DNA from: Octopus bimaculoides
Taxonomy: Eukaryota
Length of the DNA: 40,795 nt
Direction of reading: 5' to 3'
Assembly: GCF_001194135.2 (NCBI RefSeq)
Contig: NC_068991.1
Span: 3,919,558-3,960,352, forward strand
In this document: positions 37,137 through 40,795 of the stretch, one piece after another
Layout of the letters: each line of letters starts with the position of its first letter
Position numbering within the stretch: the first letter of the stretch is position 1
Program-made: the position numbers and the translations under genes
The notes under the pieces: model-generated
Seen by the model: the letters and a program-made list of their open reading frames with translations, nothing else
Told to the model about the DNA's origin: nothing
The model's database searches: none

Positions 37137-37345
37137 AGAAGAAGAAGAAGAAGAAGAAGAAGAAGAAGAAGAAGAAGAAGAAGAAGAAGAAGAAGAAGCA
37201 GTGGAAGAAGGAGGAGGAGAAGCAGAAGAAGCGAAAGTGGAAGAAGAGGAAAAGAAAGTGGAAGAAGAGGAAAAGAAAGTGGAAGAAGAGGAAGAACAAG
37301 AAGCGGAAGAAGAAGAAGAAGAACAACAACAACAACAGCAGCAGC
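37137..37345. repeat. (GAA)n purine tract containing a 21-bp unit x~3 (37234-37293)
   Basis: aaagtggaagaagaggaaaag at 37234 and 37255, partial copy at 37276. Confidence 0.93.
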
Positions 37346-37509
37346 AAGAATTATATCGGAAGCAGCAGCAGCGGCAACGGTAGCAGCAGGTTTTTAGGAT
37401 AAAATGACACGATATTGTTTATATAAAATCCTAGTTTGATAAGAATGGATGAAAAGAAATTTTATTATTTAGAGTGGTGATTCGTAATGGTTAGAAGGGA
37501 TGGAACCAA

Positions 37510-37578
<69 letters not shown>

Positions 37579-37586
37579 CATATACA

Positions 37587-37621
<35 letters not shown>

Positions 37622-37711
37622 TGCCTTCTTCCATCATTTTGTCTTGACATTCACTAACACCACATACCTCCACCACCACCACTGTCGCCACACCCACCAT
37701 TTACCTCTAAG

Positions 37712-37748
<37 letters not shown>

Positions 37749-38280
37749 TTAGTGTCTTAGGCAAGCCATCGTACTTAATTCTATCATCTATGGTGTTGTG
37801 CAACAACTTATCTTAAATGTGTCGCCAATGTTGTTTCTGATTGGATAAACAGCAGCTTAAACTCTTTCTTTCTTTCTTTCTTTCTTTCTTTCCTTCTGCC
37901 CCTTTTCCGTTTGTCTTTCAGTTTTCTGTTTCGTCTTTCTTAATGTTTCCTTTGTGTTTCTTACTTTATTTTTGCATCTTATTCGTCACCCATCATACCA
38001 TTCTATTTCTTTCTTTCTTTCTTTCTTTCTTTCTTTCCTTTTATTGTCCTTCCTTTCCGTCATCTATGACACTAAACTCCTTGTTTATCGGAAACGGTTA
38101 AATATAATACACAAAAATAAGTCATAGGAGACATCTTGAAATACCAAAAATAAAATAAATATATAAATATATAAGATAAATATATAAAATAAATATATAC
38201 GTTTACTCAAACAAAAGATGTAAAATTTCGTATCTTTGCAGTTACGAAAGCAGAATAAAAAGATTGTTTTTAGGAGTATT

Positions 38281-38407
38281 GCAAGGGCGCGGGCACTCAC
38301 GATTGCACGTGCGTAGGTTCGATTTCTGGGTCGGGTGGTGCGTCGTGGCCTTGAGCAAAACACTTCGTTTCACGTTTCTCCAGACCAATTTGCAATAATG
38401 AGCAACC
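38281..38407 (+). mobile_element. SINE-A head fragment
   Basis: cactcacgattgc...ggttcgatttctggg...gtggccttgagcaaaacacttcgtttcacgtttctccag. Confidence 0.7.
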
Positions 38408-38699
38408 AACATTTCAATAAATCGATGTCAAGCAGACGTAAACCAGATGTCCTTTAAATTCCGACAAGATGCATTTTCTGAAATGCGGGTGGCTGTATTT
38501 ACGAGATTTGCGAGTTCTTTGAGATTATCTTTACTCTCTTAGCTGATCGAGTACTTTTCTACTTGTTGAGGCATTACCAAATAATATACAAATATAATAT
38601 ATACATACATGCATACAAGTACCCACACGTATGTACATACATACATACATATACGACCTTTTCAATAGTTCTATATTTAAGAGATGAGGAATTATGTAA

Positions 38700-38748
<49 letters not shown>

Positions 38749-38755
38749 TATGTGT

Positions 38756-38786
<31 letters not shown>

Positions 38787-39335
38787 AGTATGTGTGTGCA
38801 TATATATGCTATTTGTAAGCTGAAGAGAGCTGTAATCTGTAAACAAGTTAATAGTAGCTCCTACAATTCCACCTGTTGCTTTTCGTTTAATAAGTCACTT
38901 TATATGCATCCCCGTAGCATCTTATGTAATACAATTTATATAACATGAATGACACACACACACAGAGTATATGTATATGTATGCGTGTATGTATGTATGT
39001 TTGTACGTATGTATAATATATATGTATACCTTATGACAGAAAACAAACATAACTATGCGTGTATAAGAGTATGTCTGTGTGTACATATGCCATGTACGCA
39101 GTTCTACATCGGTGTCTAACGATTTTATTCCGTCTAGCTCAGTCTGATGTTACTCTGGTGAGTCCCACGGCGACTGGTTTCATTAAAAAAGAGCTAATGT
39201 GGTTGAGCTGAAATAAAGTATATGCGTATAACTATGCACACAGGCGCACGTATATACGTAGATCATATATTTATACATGTTTATACATGCATACATGCAA
39301 ACCCAAATACATGTGCACATGTACACAAATTCCCA

Positions 39336-39472
39336 TGGCTGTTTGGTAAGTAACTTTCTTCTCAACTACATGGTTCAGGGTTCAGTTCCATGCGTGGCAC
39401 CTTGTACTATAGCCTCGGGCCGAGCAAAGTCTTGTGAGCGGATTTGGCAGACAGAAACTGAAAGAATCCCGT

Positions 39473-39476
<4 letters not shown>
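39336..39476 (+). mobile_element. SINE-C 5' half with an internal deletion
   Basis: ggctgtttggtaagtaac...tggttcagggttcagttcc...ggcaccttg|tactatagcctcgggccga...gaaactgaaagaatcccgtc. Confidence 0.88.
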
Positions 39477-39507
<31 letters not shown>

Positions 39508-40163
39508 NNNNNNNNNNNNNNNNNNNNNNNNNNNNNNNNNNNNNNNNNNNNNNNNNNNNNNNNNNNNNNNNNNNNNNNNNNNNNNNNNNNNNNNNNNNNN
39601 NNNNNNNNNNNNNNNNNNNNNNNNNNNNNNNNNNNNNNNNNNNNNNNNNNNNNNNNNNNNNNNNNNNNNNNNNNNNNNNNNNNNNNNNNNNNNNNNNNNN
39701 NNNNNNNNNNNNNNNNNNNNNNNNNNNNNNNNNNNNNNNNNNNNNNNNNNNNNNNNNNNNNNNNNNNNNNNNNNNNNNNNNNNNNNNNNNNNNNNNNNNN
39801 NNNNNNNNNNNNNNNNNNNNNNNNNNNNNNNNNNNNNNNNNNNNNNNNNNNNNNNNNNNNNNNNNNNNNNNNNNNNNNNNNNNNNNNNNNNNNNNNNNNN
39901 NNNNNNNNNNNNNNNNNNNNNNNNNNNNNNNNNNNNNNNNNNNNNNNNNNNNNNNNNNNNNNNNNNNNNNNNNNNNNNNNNNNNNNNNNNNNNNNNNNNN
40001 NNNNNNNNNNNNNNNNNNNNNNNNNNNNNNNNNNNNNNNNNNNNNNNNNNNNNNNNNNNNNNNNNNNNNNNNNNNNNNNNNNNNNNNNNNNNNNNNNNNN
40101 NNNNNNNNNNNNNNNNNNNNNNNNNNNNNNNNNNNNNNNNNNNNNNNNNNNNTGTGTGTGTGT

Positions 40164-40235
<72 letters not shown>

Positions 40236-40795
40236 CGGGGAAGGGGAAACAAATATCAAGGGATTATCAATCCGAGCAAAATACTACATAAGCCCTCTGT
40301 TGGCACACCTGGCTAATTATATTCCTTGGATTAGTGAGGTGCTCCAAATATTCTTATGGTAGGGTCCAAGATTATGGTTCGTAACAATTCCACATTATAA
40401 ATCCGTGAATGGGCTTAAAAAGACAAGTTAAGTTAATGGACATTACAGATAATTCCTTTATTACAGCAATAAATTATGACTACTGGAAACAGCTGTATGC
40501 CAAATTTGCTATATATATATATAAACATTTTCGTATACAGACACACACACACACACACACAGACATATGTATATATATATACATTAAATACATACGTACC
40601 TATATATATACATACATTCATACCCAAACATGTGCACACACACACACATATATATATATATGTATATATGTATGTATGCGTACGCATATATCTATTTATT
40701 CATATGTATATATATATATATATATATGTGTGTATATGTATATGCATATGTATATCTATATCTATCTATCTATCTATCTATCAATCTATCTACCT

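Noticed and set aside
37201-37383. Glu/Gln-rich ORF MEEGGGEAEEAKVEEEEKK...
   Set aside because: Fully explained by (GAA)n/(CAA)n/(CAG)n expansion.
4960-39476. tRNA-like A/B boxes at several positions; regularly recurring short repeats
   Set aside because: These are SINE heads without a complete cloverleaf, so no tRNA gene is called. No repeat-spacer periodicity exists, so no CRISPR-like array is called.
590-40687. Most long ORFs in the supplied track (poly-X, YIYI, HTHT, CVCV, poly-S/L/V/I/R)
   Set aside because: They are translations of N-gaps and di-/tri-nucleotide microsatellites, not genes.

Overview
AT-rich, repeat-dominated eukaryotic draft sequence with 11 N-gaps, nearly all flanked by (TA)n or (TG)n microsatellites. 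The SINE repertoire resembles what I recall from octopod cephalopods; this taxon call is an inference, not a search result. No intact protein-coding gene is visible, and most ORFs in the supplied track are microsatellite or gap artefacts. Supported content: three tRNA-headed SINE families (my labels A, B, C; more than 20 copies or fragments), a decayed DD41D Tc1/mariner transposase nested in a SINE-C copy, a 301-bp pogo/Tigger-like MITE with TA target duplication, a DINE-1-like Helentron-associated element, a 5S rRNA-derived segment abutting a SINE, a Penelope-like RT remnant and a probable LINE 3' end. Less explained signals: a ~175-bp, 94%-identical inverted repeat; a switch in retroelement orientation near 23.4 kb; a stop-depleted hydrophobic frame at 15.6-16.4 kb (GPCR relic or terminal exon); and a back-to-back pair of hammerhead-like cores. 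I found nothing I can call a new multi-gene system with confidence.
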